From Candidatus Multivoradales bacterium (GTDB lineage: Bacteria; Acidobacteriota; Thermoanaerobaculia; Multivoradales; J023): a DNA stretch of 64,000 bases. The first letter of the stretch is position 1; each line of letters begins with the position of its first letter. The notes under the pieces are model-generated. The model worked only from the letters and a program-made list of their open reading frames with translations. It ran no database searches and was not told where the DNA came from. The position numbers and the translations under genes are program-made. This document shows, in pieces, positions 1 to 9,638 of the stretch. The stretch is taken from positions 768,001-832,000 of the forward strand of contig CBDFLE010000005.1 in assembly GCA_965248925.1 (NCBI GenBank), given 5' to 3'.

Positions 1-432
1 ATGCGCGGTCGCGGCTTTGGCGGTGGCTGCGGAAACGGCCACCACGTGCGCTCCGTCGAGCACCGCCCGCAGCATCCCTTCGAGGCAGTGCAAGCGGTTC
101 TCCAGGGTGTGGCACTCGGGATGGGTGAGGAAGGTCAAATCGTGGCAAGTCATCACCACTGGACCGCGAAAGCCCACCGGCCACGCCAGAGTCGGACTAT
201 GAAAAATATCCAGTCGGTCCTCGGCCAGCGGGCGGGCGGCCAAACTGACGTTGTCAGGCAGCTCGGGCAGCGCCGCTCTCAGCGCCACTTCATCCACTGG
301 CTGTAGCAGGCTGTGCAGGCTCAGCTGATGGTCGCCGGGCAAGCGGGCCATGCCGTTGAGCAACTCGACACTGTAAGTGCCGATGCCATCGCGAGGCGGC
401 AAGACCTTGGAAATATCGAAGCCGATACGCAA
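1..432 (-). CDS. Glycosyltransferase family 4, N-terminal part (runs off the window edge)
   Basis: Not in the ORF track. Manual minus-strand translation from TTG at 432: MRIGFDISKVLPPRDGIGTYSVELL...DIFHSPT...VVMTCHDL...VVAVSAATA, typical GT4 N-terminal motifs, open to position 1. Confidence 0.85.
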   Translation of the reverse strand, partial: MRIGFDISKVLPPRDGIGTYSVELLNGMARLPGDHQLSLHSLLQPVDEVALRAALPELPDNVSLAARPLAEDRLDIFHSPTLAWPVGFRGPVVMTCHDLTFLTHPECHTLENRLHCLEGMLRAVLDGAHVVAVSAATAKAATAH

Positions 433-440
433 GTGGAATC

Positions 441-764
441 CTAGAGGTTGGCGGTCTCGTCGGCGAGCAATGACAGGTGATGGTGCAAACGCTCGGCGGC
501 AGCCGCGGGCAAGACTTGCCGCTGTTTGGCCAACTGGACCCAACTACTCAGCCGATCGATTCGCTGATCGAGAAGTAGCCGATCGACTTGCGCTTGTAGG
601 TGGTCGGCACGCAAACTGAGGGCCAAGGCTCGATCGTGAGATTCCTGGGACAATTGCTGCTGGGCGGCGCTAGAACGACGTTGCAGCACCAAGACCAAGA
701 AGGTCAAGGCGGTCGTGGCCCCGGCGAGGAGCAGGAATGCGGTCAGTATTTGCGCGCTCTGCAC
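441..764 (-). CDS. Small hypothetical protein with an N-terminal TM helix and a coiled coil
   Basis: 3' part of ORF 441..1016. GTG at 764 is preceded by AAGGA; hydrophobic stretch ILTAFLLLAGATTALTFLVLVL. Confidence 0.6.
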   Translation of the reverse strand: MQSAQILTAFLLLAGATTALTFLVLVLQRRSSAAQQQLSQESHDRALALSLRADHLQAQVDRLLLDQRIDRLSSWVQLAKQRQVLPAAAAERLHHHLSLLADETANL

Positions 765-822
765 TTGCTTCGGTCCTTGCTGCGATCCTGGCTGTGATGA
801 CGAAGTGGTTGGTTGGCCGATC

Positions 823-2763
823 TTAGGGGATTTCGCCTCGCGGCGGAGGAGATTCACGGACCCAGTAGTGACGCACTCGCAACCGGCAGTCCTGACCCAA
901 CGAGGCGCGCGCCAAGCGGCCCAATTCAGCCACCAAGGCGGTGCTGACCGGCCTGGGACTCTCGATCGCAACTTCCAGCACCGGCTGATGCTGTTGACGG
1001 ACCAGCTGCATGCCAACTATCCGTGCCCCCGCGGTGCTGGCAACTGCTCGCTCGAGGCGCTGTCTGAGAGGCGTCTCGAGAGTGGATTGGGGCTCGCCAG
1101 CTCGCAGCCCCGAAAGCAACTCAGAGCCCAGGGGCATGGCCAGCACCGCCACCGCTACTAGCAGAGCAAGAAACCCCAAGCGCACCCAGGTCTGGCCGCT
1201 GGCTCCTCGCTTACCACGCACTCCGGCGGCGTAGAAGGCGAGGCCAGCGCCGAGCACGATCGCCACCACGTTGGTGCCGAAAAGCAAGGCTGCGCCCCGC
1301 GCGTTGGCCACTTGCCCCTGCGCGATGGACACCCCGGTAGTAGCGATCGGCGGCACCAAGGCGGCGGCGATCGCTACCCCCGGCAAAGCGGCCACCAGGC
1401 CGGGCCGGCCCAAGCAGTAGGCCGCCGCGATACCCGACAACCAGGCCACTCCGAGATCGAGCAGGGTAGGTCCACCGCGAGCCAGCAATTCAGCGGTGAG
1501 TTCCGGCAACGGCACCACCGCGCCCAAAAAAATGCCGATCACCAGGGCGGTGAGATAGCCGTAGAGGAGGGCTTTGGCGGCGTCCCGCAGCAACGGTAGA
1601 TTGCCTTGCACCAGGCCCAGTCCAGCGCCGAGGATAGGGGTCATCAACGGTGCCACCAACATCGCGCCGATCACCACCGCCGCGCTCGATTGCAGCAGCC
1701 CGAGGGTAGCGATGGCGGTCGACAGGCCGATCAGAGCGAAGAAATCAAAACGCCACAGCGAGCCTGATTGAAGGGTCTCGAACAACCTGACCCGCTCTTC
1801 ACGAGTCATTTGCGGGATGGTCAGATCGAGCCATCTGCCGAGTCGGGTGCGCAGCCTGTGATGCAGACGCCAGCGTTCTCGCACCACTCCCACCACCAGC
1901 GCCTGGTGGCCGCTCAGCAGGCGCTCGGGAACGGTGCCGAAGAGCTGACGACGTAGCTGACCGACGCTGGAAGCGCCCAACAGAAGCAGGTCGGTGGGGT
2001 CTTCGAGGGCCTTGCGGATACCATCGTCGACCCGGTCGGCCAGTTCCACCTGGCGCCGGATCTGGGCACTGTCGGCGATGCCAGCGGCGGCCAACGACTT
2101 TGCCAGGGAGCGTTGGCCGACCTCCCAAGCCAGGTCGAGAATCGGCGCTTGCACGTTCAAGGCTCGTAATTCACCCTGCTCAGCTTGGATCAGCTTGTCG
2201 CCGATGCTTAAGGCCGCTTTGGCATGGTGGCCGCCGGCAGTGGGTACCAGGACCCTCTGGCACGACAGGTCGGTCGCTGAGTCCTGCGAGTCTGCATCGG
2301 CAATACCCACTAGCAGAGTGCGACAGGGAGCGGCGGTGAACAGCTTGCGGGCCAAGCTTGCACCGCCGCTGGGCTTGCGCAAGGCACTCTTGGCGACCAG
2401 TAACAGTTCCGCTTGGGCCTCTCCTTGGGCCGCCAACACGTCGCGCAGCGGATAGCTGGTGCAGAGTTCGATCAGCTCGATGGGATGCTCATCCGGCGGC
2501 TCGGCAGCTGCCGCCGGTGGCGGGGTGAAATCACCGCTGCTCAGCAAACGTCGCAACTCGCGGGCGGTCTGGCGCGACAGCTTCGAAGCGCTGTCGGGCA
2601 GGGTGTCTTGCAGCTGGTAGGTGCGGGATTCTCTGTCGCTGGGGTTGCCCTCGACCACAGCGACCACCAGCTCAGTCGCAAACGCTCGGGCCAGGCGCAG
2701 GCCGAGGCTGGTCACCGTGGTGACCTCTCGTTGGTTGCTGAGAACGGCGAAAATACTCATCAC
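823..2763 (-). CDS. USP-like domains fused to a DUF389 membrane domain
   Basis: USP-like RVLVPTAGGHHA and DLLLLGAS..G.L..LFGTVPERLL. DUF389 motifs IATLGLLQSSAAVVIGAMLVAPLMTPI and LPGVAIAAALVPP. Confidence 0.8.
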   Translation of the reverse strand: MMSIFAVLSNQREVTTVTSLGLRLARAFATELVVAVVEGNPSDRESRTYQLQDTLPDSASKLSRQTARELRRLLSSGDFTPPPAAAAEPPDEHPIELIELCTSYPLRDVLAAQGEAQAELLLVAKSALRKPSGGASLARKLFTAAPCRTLLVGIADADSQDSATDLSCQRVLVPTAGGHHAKAALSIGDKLIQAEQGELRALNVQAPILDLAWEVGQRSLAKSLAAAGIADSAQIRRQVELADRVDDGIRKALEDPTDLLLLGASSVGQLRRQLFGTVPERLLSGHQALVVGVVRERWRLHHRLRTRLGRWLDLTIPQMTREERVRLFETLQSGSLWRFDFFALIGLSTAIATLGLLQSSAAVVIGAMLVAPLMTPILGAGLGLVQGNLPLLRDAAKALLYGYLTALVIGIFLGAVVPLPELTAELLARGGPTLLDLGVAWLSGIAAAYCLGRPGLVAALPGVAIAAALVPPIATTGVSIAQGQVANARGAALLFGTNVVAIVLGAGLAFYAAGVRGKRGASGQTWVRLGFLALLVAVAVLAMPLGSELLSGLRAGEPQSTLETPLRQRLERAVASTAGARIVGMQLVRQQHQPVLEVAIESPRPVSTALVAELGRLARASLGQDCRLRVRHYWVRESPPPRGEIP

Positions 2764-2781
2764 GGCCTGAATGCTATCGAA

Positions 2782-3633
2782 TCAGCTGCCATGGTCGTCA
2801 TTCCAGACCGCCAGCAGCTGCTGGCGTAGCTCGGGATCTTGCTGCCGCGCCGAGCGCCGTCGCTGCCGCCAGCACAGCAAGCGCTGTTCCCAGCGCGGGC
2901 GCTGTTTGGCGTAATAGTGGCGCTGAGCACGGCGGTAATGGACTTCTCCCTGCCGGCTGGAACTCGAACCACCCTTGACGTGCCAGGCTAGAGCCGCGTG
3001 CACTTGCCCCAGCCGCCAACCGGCGAGCCGCAGCCGGCGGCACAAGTCAACGTCTTCGAAGTAGAGAAAGAAGTCCTCGTCGAAGCCGCCGACCGCCGCG
3101 AAAGCTCGACGCCGCAACAGCACACAAGCAGCGGTATACCAGCCCGGCCCGCTGAGCAGGCGCAAGAATGGCGGCAGCAGGCGATGATTCCAGGCCGAGC
3201 CCTCGAACGGGTTGCGCAGCTTCTGCAGCGCCTCGCCCAGGATGCCGGTCTCGGGCACCCAAGTGAACTGCCACCCGGAATTCGGATAGCGGAGCTGCGG
3301 CGCGACCCACGCCAGGCGCGAATCTGCATCGAGCGCGCGGTCGAGGAGGCTCAGAGCATTGTCAGCCAGCCAAGCGTCAGAGTTGATCATCAATAGCCGA
3401 TCACCGCCGGCAATCGCCACGCCACGGTTGTTGGCGGCGCCAAAGCCGAGGTTGGTTTCTAGCTGCATCAGGCGGCAGGTGGGGAATTCCTTGCGCACCA
3501 TGTCTGCCGAGCCATCGGTCGAGGCGTTGTCGACCACTACCACCTCGGTGATGCTTGGTTGGCTAGCCAGGGACCCTAAGCAGGCTCGCAGGTGGTGCCG
3601 CGAGCCGTGGCTGACGACGATGGCTGAGATCAT
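2782..3633 (-). CDS. Glycosyltransferase family 2 (WbbL-like)
   Basis: VVVVDNASTDGS, NLGFGAANNRG, INSD, GGFDEDFFLYFEDVDLCRR. Confidence 0.92.
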   Translation of the reverse strand: MISAIVVSHGSRHHLRACLGSLASQPSITEVVVVDNASTDGSADMVRKEFPTCRLMQLETNLGFGAANNRGVAIAGGDRLLMINSDAWLADNALSLLDRALDADSRLAWVAPQLRYPNSGWQFTWVPETGILGEALQKLRNPFEGSAWNHRLLPPFLRLLSGPGWYTAACVLLRRRAFAAVGGFDEDFFLYFEDVDLCRRLRLAGWRLGQVHAALAWHVKGGSSSSRQGEVHYRRAQRHYYAKQRPRWEQRLLCWRQRRRSARQQDPELRQQLLAVWNDDHGS

Positions 3634-4820
3634 CCCGCCGCCTCCCGCAGATGGTCGAGAAAGAGCTCAGCTGAGGCTCGCCAGCTGAGTTCTCCCACCC
3701 GCCGTCGGCCTTCCTCGGCTATCTGCTGGCGAGCCTCGGGATCCTCGAGCGCTTGGCCCAGGACCTGCTTCACGGCGGCGGCATCCAGAGCCGAGCGGTA
3801 GGGATACTCGGGCCACAACTCATCGAAGGCCAGGCCGCTGCTGACCACCGGCGCCGTGCCACAGGCCAACGATTCCAACGGCGGCAAACCAAACCCTTCG
3901 TAGGTCGAGAGATAGAACGACAGCTCGGCATGCCGGTAGAGGAGAGGCAGATCGGCTTCTTCCACCCAGCCCAGCCGCTCCACTTGCCGAGCCACCGCGG
4001 ACTCGCCTATCAAGCGCCCCAAACCACCTCGCTGCGGCAGCCGATCCTGACCGGCGATCACCAAGCGAAGCCGTGGGTAGCGAGGCAGCAGAGCGGCGAA
4101 GGCTGGCAACACTAGGTCGAGCCGGCGCCGGGGCAGGGCCGAGCCGGCGAAGAGCAAATACGGTGCGCGCACCCCAAGCTCACCCAGCCGCGCGGCTTCA
4201 ACCGCCGCCTGCCCTGGCGGCGAGGGTGAGAACACCTCATCTACCGCCTCCGGTACCAAGCCGATGCGCTCAACCGGCACCCCGTAGGTGGCTCTCAGAT
4301 CCTCGACGATAGCCTGACTCGGTACCAGCACTCGCTGCGCTCGCCGCGCCGCTTGGCGGGCCAGAAATCGTCGCCGCCAGCGCTCCTTGAAGGGAAACTC
4401 CTGTGGCAAGTGCTCAAACGACAGATCGTGCAAGGTGACCACTCCGGGCAGACTGGTTGGCGGCAGACTGTAAGCTGGCGAGTAGAGCAAGTCGAGAGCC
4501 ATCCCGCGCATCAGGCGCGGCAAAATCAGCTGCTCCCAGAAGATCGGCCGAGCGCTAGGCCGCCGGTCGAAGAAGGCGCGAAAGCGACCGTCCGCCGACT
4601 TGGCCTGGGTCGCGTCGGCGGCAGCTTCACCCCACAGACGGTGACTGAAGCCGTCACCCTTGAAAAACAAGCTGAAGCGATCGTTGCCACCTAGCTGGGC
4701 GACGCCGCCGAGCATGCCCTCGAGATAGCGGCCGACTCCGGTAGCTCGGCCTTCCATTTCGTAGGCAACGACGCCGACGTGCAAGCCGGCCGAACTTTCT
4801 CTGGGTGCGGGATGATTCAT
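3630..4820 (-). CDS. Glycosyltransferase family 4
   Basis: TGVGRY, VVTLHDL, YEGFGLPPLESLACG (EX7E). Confidence 0.92.
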   Translation of the reverse strand: MNHPAPRESSAGLHVGVVAYEMEGRATGVGRYLEGMLGGVAQLGGNDRFSLFFKGDGFSHRLWGEAAADATQAKSADGRFRAFFDRRPSARPIFWEQLILPRLMRGMALDLLYSPAYSLPPTSLPGVVTLHDLSFEHLPQEFPFKERWRRRFLARQAARRAQRVLVPSQAIVEDLRATYGVPVERIGLVPEAVDEVFSPSPPGQAAVEAARLGELGVRAPYLLFAGSALPRRRLDLVLPAFAALLPRYPRLRLVIAGQDRLPQRGGLGRLIGESAVARQVERLGWVEEADLPLLYRHAELSFYLSTYEGFGLPPLESLACGTAPVVSSGLAFDELWPEYPYRSALDAAAVKQVLGQALEDPEARQQIAEEGRRRVGELSWRASAELFLDHLREAAG

Positions 4821-4880
4821 CGGCTGGCCGGCAGCCTATCGCAGACCTCGGGCCGGGGTGCAGCAGTCAATAGCTGCCGC

Positions 4881-5381
4881 TCAGCCAATGCCCCGTTCCG
4901 CCACTTGTTCAGCAGTGAGGCCGTAGAGGGGCGGCGTGGTGACTCCCAAGATGCCGAGATAGAGGTAGATCTGGCCGCGGTGGTGAACCTCGTGTTCGAT
5001 CATCGCCCGCAACCACTTCCACACCGTCAGTTCGGCCCCCGCTGGAGTGCGGCAAGATTCGAGCAGGCGACTGTCGGGTAGGGCACCGAGCAACGCGACC
5101 GACTCTTCGTGCAGGCGCCGGCGATAGTCCATCACGGCGCCGTAGCCAGGCGCCAACTCGGCGCCCTCGCCACGATAGCGACTCGGCCGCCCGCAAGCCG
5201 CTTCGACGAACATCCATCGCTCGATAGTCGCCAAGTGGCGCAGCAAGTCACCGAGGGTGAACTTGTCTTTGGCGTAGGTCCACTCGATCGAGTCGGCGGG
5301 GATCACCGCCGCCAACCGGGTAGTACGTTGATGGATGCGTTGCCAATAGGGCAGAAAAGTGGCGAAACTGGTGATCTCCAT
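4881..5381 (-). CDS. DinB family protein
   Basis: LGDLLRHLA..E and EHEVHHRGQ metal-binding His motifs. Confidence 0.88.
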   Translation of the reverse strand: MEITSFATFLPYWQRIHQRTTRLAAVIPADSIEWTYAKDKFTLGDLLRHLATIERWMFVEAACGRPSRYRGEGAELAPGYGAVMDYRRRLHEESVALLGALPDSRLLESCRTPAGAELTVWKWLRAMIEHEVHHRGQIYLYLGILGVTTPPLYGLTAEQVAERGIG

Positions 5382-5431
5382 CAGCCGATGCTAACGCCCA
5401 GACCCCGCGCTGGCGAGTTCCTTCGCTGCTC

Positions 5432-5461
5432 TTGGCCGTGCGGAAAGGCGCGGGCTATACT
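5432..5461 (+). promoter_or_regulatory. Putative sigma70 promoter of mutS (near-leaderless)
   Basis: TTGGCC-18 nt-TATACT, 8 nt before the ATG at 5470; no SD. Confidence 0.5.
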
Positions 5462-5469
5462 CCCCGCCG

Positions 5470-8097
5470 ATGGCAAAAGCAGCGCGGCTAACGCCGATGA
5501 TGCGCCAGTACCTGGAGGTCAAGGCGCAGTACCCGGATGCGATCCTGCTCTACCGGATGGGGGATTTCTTCGAAATTTTTTCCGAGGATGCGCGCCGTGC
5601 TGCGCCGATTCTCGAAGTGGCTCTGACCGCCCGTCAGAAAGGAACCGCGAACGAAGTGGCGATGTGCGGGGTGCCTCACCATGCCATCGAGGGCTACCTT
5701 GGCAAATTGCTGCGGGCCGGACTCAAGGTGGCGATCTGCGATCAAGTCGAGGATCCGAAACAGGCCAAAGGACTGGTCAAGCGGGAAGTCACCCGGGTGG
5801 TGACGCCGGGCACCGTCAGTTCCCCCGAACTGCTCGAAGGCAAAGAAGACAATCTGCTCGCCAGCCTGATCTGGCAGCCAGGTGGTCCAGGCACTGAGCA
5901 GGGCGGTGCTGGCGCGTTTTTGGATGTCTCAACAGGTACCTTCTTCGTCCGCCGCTGGCCGACGACGGATGCATGTCTCGAAGATCTAGGGGTGCTGCGA
6001 CCGCGGGAGGTCCTGTTTCGCCAAGTCGCCTTGCCGGCCAAGCTCAGCAGCTGGATAGAGCGCGAAGTGGTTTGCTGGACCGCACTCGAAGAGGATCAGC
6101 TCCTCGACTCGAAGCAGGCCGGCGAGCTGTTGCAACGGCAGCTCGAAACCTCAACCCTGCGCGGCTTCGGCCTGCATCCGGCAGAGGCAGCTGTGCTGGC
6201 CGCCGCCACCGCTCTGAGCTACGCCCAGCAGACCCAACACAGTGAACTGAGTCACATCCGTAGTCTGCAAGTGCGCGACCGAGATGCCGGCATGGTGCTC
6301 GATCCCACCACCTTGAGCAATCTGGAGGTTTTTCGCAGCCTGCGCGAAGGGGGGCGGTCCGGCACCCTGCTGAGTGTTCTCGACCAAAGTGTCTCCCCTC
6401 CTGGCGGCCGCCTGCTGCGCGATTGGCTGCGGCGGCCACTCAAGGACCCGGCACAGATCGAGCTGCGCCTCGATGCGGTCGGCGAATTGATTGCCGACGG
6501 CCGGCGGCGTGAAGGGCTGCGCGAGGAGCTGGCTCGGGTCGGCGATTTGGAACGCCTGCTGGGGCGCGCGGTGCTCGCTTCCCTGACTCCGCGCGAAGCT
6601 GGGGCGTTGCGCGATGGCCTACTGCGGGCACCAGCATTGCTGGCGCGGGTAGCGGCAGCCACCGCCGAGCTGCTGGCCACCGCGGCACGGGTCGATCCTC
6701 TGGCTGATCTGGCGGCCGAACTCGACCGTCTAGTGGTGGAATCGCCGCCAGCGCATCTGCGCGACGGTGGGGTCATCGCCGCGGGAGTTGACGAAGAACT
6801 CGACCGCTGCCGTTCCCTGGCTCGCGATTCCAAACAGCACATCTTGGCGATGGAGGCGCGTGAGCGTCAAGCCACCGGCATCGGTTCGCTGAAGATCCGC
6901 TACAACAAGGTCTTCGGCTACTATTTGGAGGTCACCAAAGCGAACCAGCATCTAGTGCCCGAGCACTACATCCGCAAGCAAACCCTGGTCAATGCCGAGC
7001 GCTACATCACTCCCGAGGTCAAGGAGCTGGAAGAACAGGTGCTGTCGGCGGAAGAAAGGCAATTGGCGCTGGAGGAGCGCTATTTCGAGCAAGTTCGCCA
7101 GCGGGTGGTGGTGGCGGGCCAGGGGCTGCGGGACCTGGCTGCTGCTTTTGCTCTGCTAGACACCCTCGCCGCCTTCGCCGAGGTCGGTGCCCGGCGGGGC
7201 TACTGCCGGCCCAAGATAAGACCCGCGGGAGGTTTGCTGCAGATCCGCGAGGGTCGTCATCCGGTGGTCGAGCGCAGCACTTCAGAGCCCTTCGTTCCCA
7301 ACGATGCGGAGCTCGGCGAAGACTGCCAGATCGTCGTCCTTACCGGGCCCAACATGGGCGGAAAATCGACTTATTTGCGACAAGTGGCATTAATAGTGCT
7401 GATGGCCCAGGCGGGCAGTTTCGTGCCCGCCGAGGCGGCGGAAATTTCCACCATCGACCGTCTTTTCACCCGCGTCGGTGCCGCCGATGATCTGGCCCGA
7501 GGTGAATCGACTTTCATGGTCGAGATGATCGAGACCGCCAACATCCTGCACCACGCCACTGGCGAGAGCCTGGTGATCCTCGACGAAGTAGGGCGCGGCA
7601 CTGCCACTTTCGATGGCCTGTCCTTGGCCTGGGCGATTGTCGAACACCTGCACCAGCACCGCCGCCCCAAAACCCTCTTTGCCACCCACTACCACGAACT
7701 CACCGAGCTGGCGTCGACGCTGCCAGGGGTGGTCAATCGCACCATGGCGGTGCGCGAATGGGAAGAGCGCATCATCTTCCTGCGCCGAGTGGTGCCGGGC
7801 AGCGCGGATAAGAGCTATGGCATTCACGTCGCCCGTCTGGCCGGCCTACCGGACTCGGTGATCACCCGCGCCGCCGAAGTGCTGGCCAACCTAGAAGCTC
7901 AGGAGTACGACCTGGTCGGCCAACCTCGGCTAGCCCAGGGGGACAACGCGCCGGTAAGCAACGCCGACCCGCAACTGTCGTTGTTCACCCCAGTCCAGGA
8001 GGTGATTGCCGAACTGCTGCGCGAGGTCGACCTCAATCAACTGACCCCGCTGGCCGCCCTCAACTTTCTCCATGGGCTGAAAGATCGATTGGGCTAG
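5470..8097 (+). CDS. mutS: DNA mismatch repair protein MutS
   Basis: TPMMRQY, RMGDFFE, TGPNMGGKSTYLRQ, STFMVEM, DEVGRGT, FATHYHEL. Confidence 0.99.
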   Translation: MAKAARLTPMMRQYLEVKAQYPDAILLYRMGDFFEIFSEDARRAAPILEVALTARQKGTANEVAMCGVPHHAIEGYLGKLLRAGLKVAICDQVEDPKQAKGLVKREVTRVVTPGTVSSPELLEGKEDNLLASLIWQPGGPGTEQGGAGAFLDVSTGTFFVRRWPTTDACLEDLGVLRPREVLFRQVALPAKLSSWIEREVVCWTALEEDQLLDSKQAGELLQRQLETSTLRGFGLHPAEAAVLAAATALSYAQQTQHSELSHIRSLQVRDRDAGMVLDPTTLSNLEVFRSLREGGRSGTLLSVLDQSVSPPGGRLLRDWLRRPLKDPAQIELRLDAVGELIADGRRREGLREELARVGDLERLLGRAVLASLTPREAGALRDGLLRAPALLARVAAATAELLATAARVDPLADLAAELDRLVVESPPAHLRDGGVIAAGVDEELDRCRSLARDSKQHILAMEARERQATGIGSLKIRYNKVFGYYLEVTKANQHLVPEHYIRKQTLVNAERYITPEVKELEEQVLSAEERQLALEERYFEQVRQRVVVAGQGLRDLAAAFALLDTLAAFAEVGARRGYCRPKIRPAGGLLQIREGRHPVVERSTSEPFVPNDAELGEDCQIVVLTGPNMGGKSTYLRQVALIVLMAQAGSFVPAEAAEISTIDRLFTRVGAADDLARGESTFMVEMIETANILHHATGESLVILDEVGRGTATFDGLSLAWAIVEHLHQHRRPKTLFATHYHELTELASTLPGVVNRTMAVREWEERIIFLRRVVPGSADKSYGIHVARLAGLPDSVITRAAEVLANLEAQEYDLVGQPRLAQGDNAPVSNADPQLSLFTPVQEVIAELLREVDLNQLTPLAALNFLHGLKDRLG

Positions 8098-8127
8098 GCG
8101 GCTATCGCCGGTCCCTAGAGAGTGGCG

Positions 8128-8682
8128 CTAGAACGGGATGTCGTCATCGCCGGGCTCAGCGCCGCCGAAGCCACCGCCGCTACCACCGCCACTGCCGCCG
8201 CCGGACGGTCCCGGAGCCTGATCGTAGGAAGGCGCGTTGCCGCCACCACCGCCACTGCCGCCACTGCCGCCGCCACTGCCGCCGCCACTGCCGCCACTGC
8301 CGCCACTGCCGCCGCCACTGTAGCTACCGCCACCACCGCCACCGCCGCCATCGCCGCGTTGGCCGAGCATCTGGAAGTTGTCGCAGATAATCTCGGTGCG
8401 GTATTTCTTCTCACCGCTCTGCTTGTCGTCCCAAGAACTGGTCTGCAAACGTCCCTCGACATAGATCTGCCGGCCGCGGCTGAGGTATTGGCTGGCGATC
8501 TCGGCCTGGCGGCCGAAGCACACCACATTGTGCCACTCGGTCTGCTCCTGGCGATTGCCGTCGCGGTCGCGCCATTTGCGGTTGGTGGCGACGCTGAAAT
8601 TTGCCACCGCGTTGCCACTCTGAGTCGAGCGCATCTCGGGGTCACGGCCCAGATTTCCGACCAGGATTACTTTGTTGACCAT
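8128..8682 (-). CDS. ssb: Single-stranded DNA-binding protein
   Basis: [15 protein letters not shown], Gly-rich linker, C-terminal DDDIPF. Confidence 0.99.
   Translation of the reverse strand: MVNKVILVGNLGRDPEMRSTQSGNAVANFSVATNRKWRDRDGNRQEQTEWHNVVCFGRQAEIASQYLSRGRQIYVEGRLQTSSWDDKQSGEKKYRTEIICDNFQMLGQRGDGGGGGGGGSYSGGGSGGSGGSGGGSGGGSGGSGGGGGNAPSYDQAPGPSGGGSGGGSGGGFGGAEPGDDDIPF
8240..8350 (-). repeat. Coding 9/12-bp tandem repeat (Gly-Ser linker of SSB)
   Basis: Repeated GCCACTGCC / GCCGCCACTGCC units encoding GGS/GGGS. Confidence 0.85.
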
Positions 8683-8807
8683 CAGTAGATCTCCATGTTT
8701 GTGGATCAGGAAGTATCATAGCGACGCCTACGGACGCCGCGGCGCGGCCGCCCTCGGCTGGCCATCCCTGGCCTCGCCGGCAGCAGCCGTAATAGGAGAC
8801 GAAATTC

Positions 8808-9263
8808 GTGCGAGCAATCTTACAGAGAGTTCGTTCCGCCTCGGTAGAGGTTGAGGGGGAGATTGTCGGTGCTATCGGCATCGGCATTCTCGCCCTGGTG
8901 GGAGTGGAGCAGGGAGACGGCTTGGCCGAGGTCGAGGTGCTGGCGGACCGGCTGGCCAAGCTACGAGTCTTCGCCGACCCAGCTGGCAAGATGAACCTGC
9001 CGCTGACAGCGGTCGCGGGGGCGGTGTTGGTAGTCTCGCAATTCACTCTCGCCGCCTCGCTGGCCAAGGGTCGCCGGCCGTCGTTCAACGCCGCGGCGCC
9101 ACCAGCCATCGCCAGATCTCTGATCGACCAACTGATCAACCGCTTGCGGGAGCTTCAGCTGCCGGTGTCCAGCGGTAGGTTCGGCACTCACATGGAGGTC
9201 ACCTTGATCAACGACGGTCCGGTGACCTTCGTACTCGAGGTCAAGGATGGCCGCGTGCTCTGA
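8808..9263 (+). CDS. dtd: D-aminoacyl-tRNA deacylase
   Basis: MRAILQRV, SQFTL, KGRRPSF, NDGPVT. Confidence 0.97.
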   Translation: MRAILQRVRSASVEVEGEIVGAIGIGILALVGVEQGDGLAEVEVLADRLAKLRVFADPAGKMNLPLTAVAGAVLVVSQFTLAASLAKGRRPSFNAAAPPAIARSLIDQLINRLRELQLPVSSGRFGTHMEVTLINDGPVTFVLEVKDGRVL

Positions 9264-9296
9264 ACCCAACAGGCCGCCGCTGGTCAGGCCGCAACT

Positions 9297-9563
9297 CTAG
9301 ATGTTCTTCAGTTCTTTGCCCGGCTTGAAGCGCACTGTCTTGCCTGGGGTGATGGCTACTTCGACCCCGGTTTTTGGATTGCGCCCTACGCCCTTCTTGC
9401 GATCACGAACCTGAAAAACCCCGAAACCTCGGAGTTCGATGCGCTTGCCGTCCTGCAGGGCGCCCTTCATGGCGGCGAAGATTGTGTCGACCGCTTTGGC
9501 CGCCTTGACCCGCGGTACGTTGGATCCTTCGGCTACGAGTTGAATGATGTCGGCTTTGATCAT
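9297..9563 (-). CDS. HU/IHF family nucleoid protein
   Basis: IELRGFGVF, GRNPKTG, VRFKPGKEL. Confidence 0.95.
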   Translation of the reverse strand: MIKADIIQLVAEGSNVPRVKAAKAVDTIFAAMKGALQDGKRIELRGFGVFQVRDRKKGVGRNPKTGVEVAITPGKTVRFKPGKELKNI

Positions 9564-9638
9564 CTTGCTCTGGGGGAAAAAGCGAGCGTTAAGCGATGGC
9601 TAGCGATCCGCTGCCCGCGCCGGGCACGGCGGCCGCTG

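Noticed and set aside
8122-8688. Ala/Thr-repeat ORF on + resembling an antifreeze or adhesin protein
   Set aside because: It is the antisense shadow of the ssb Gly-Ser linker.
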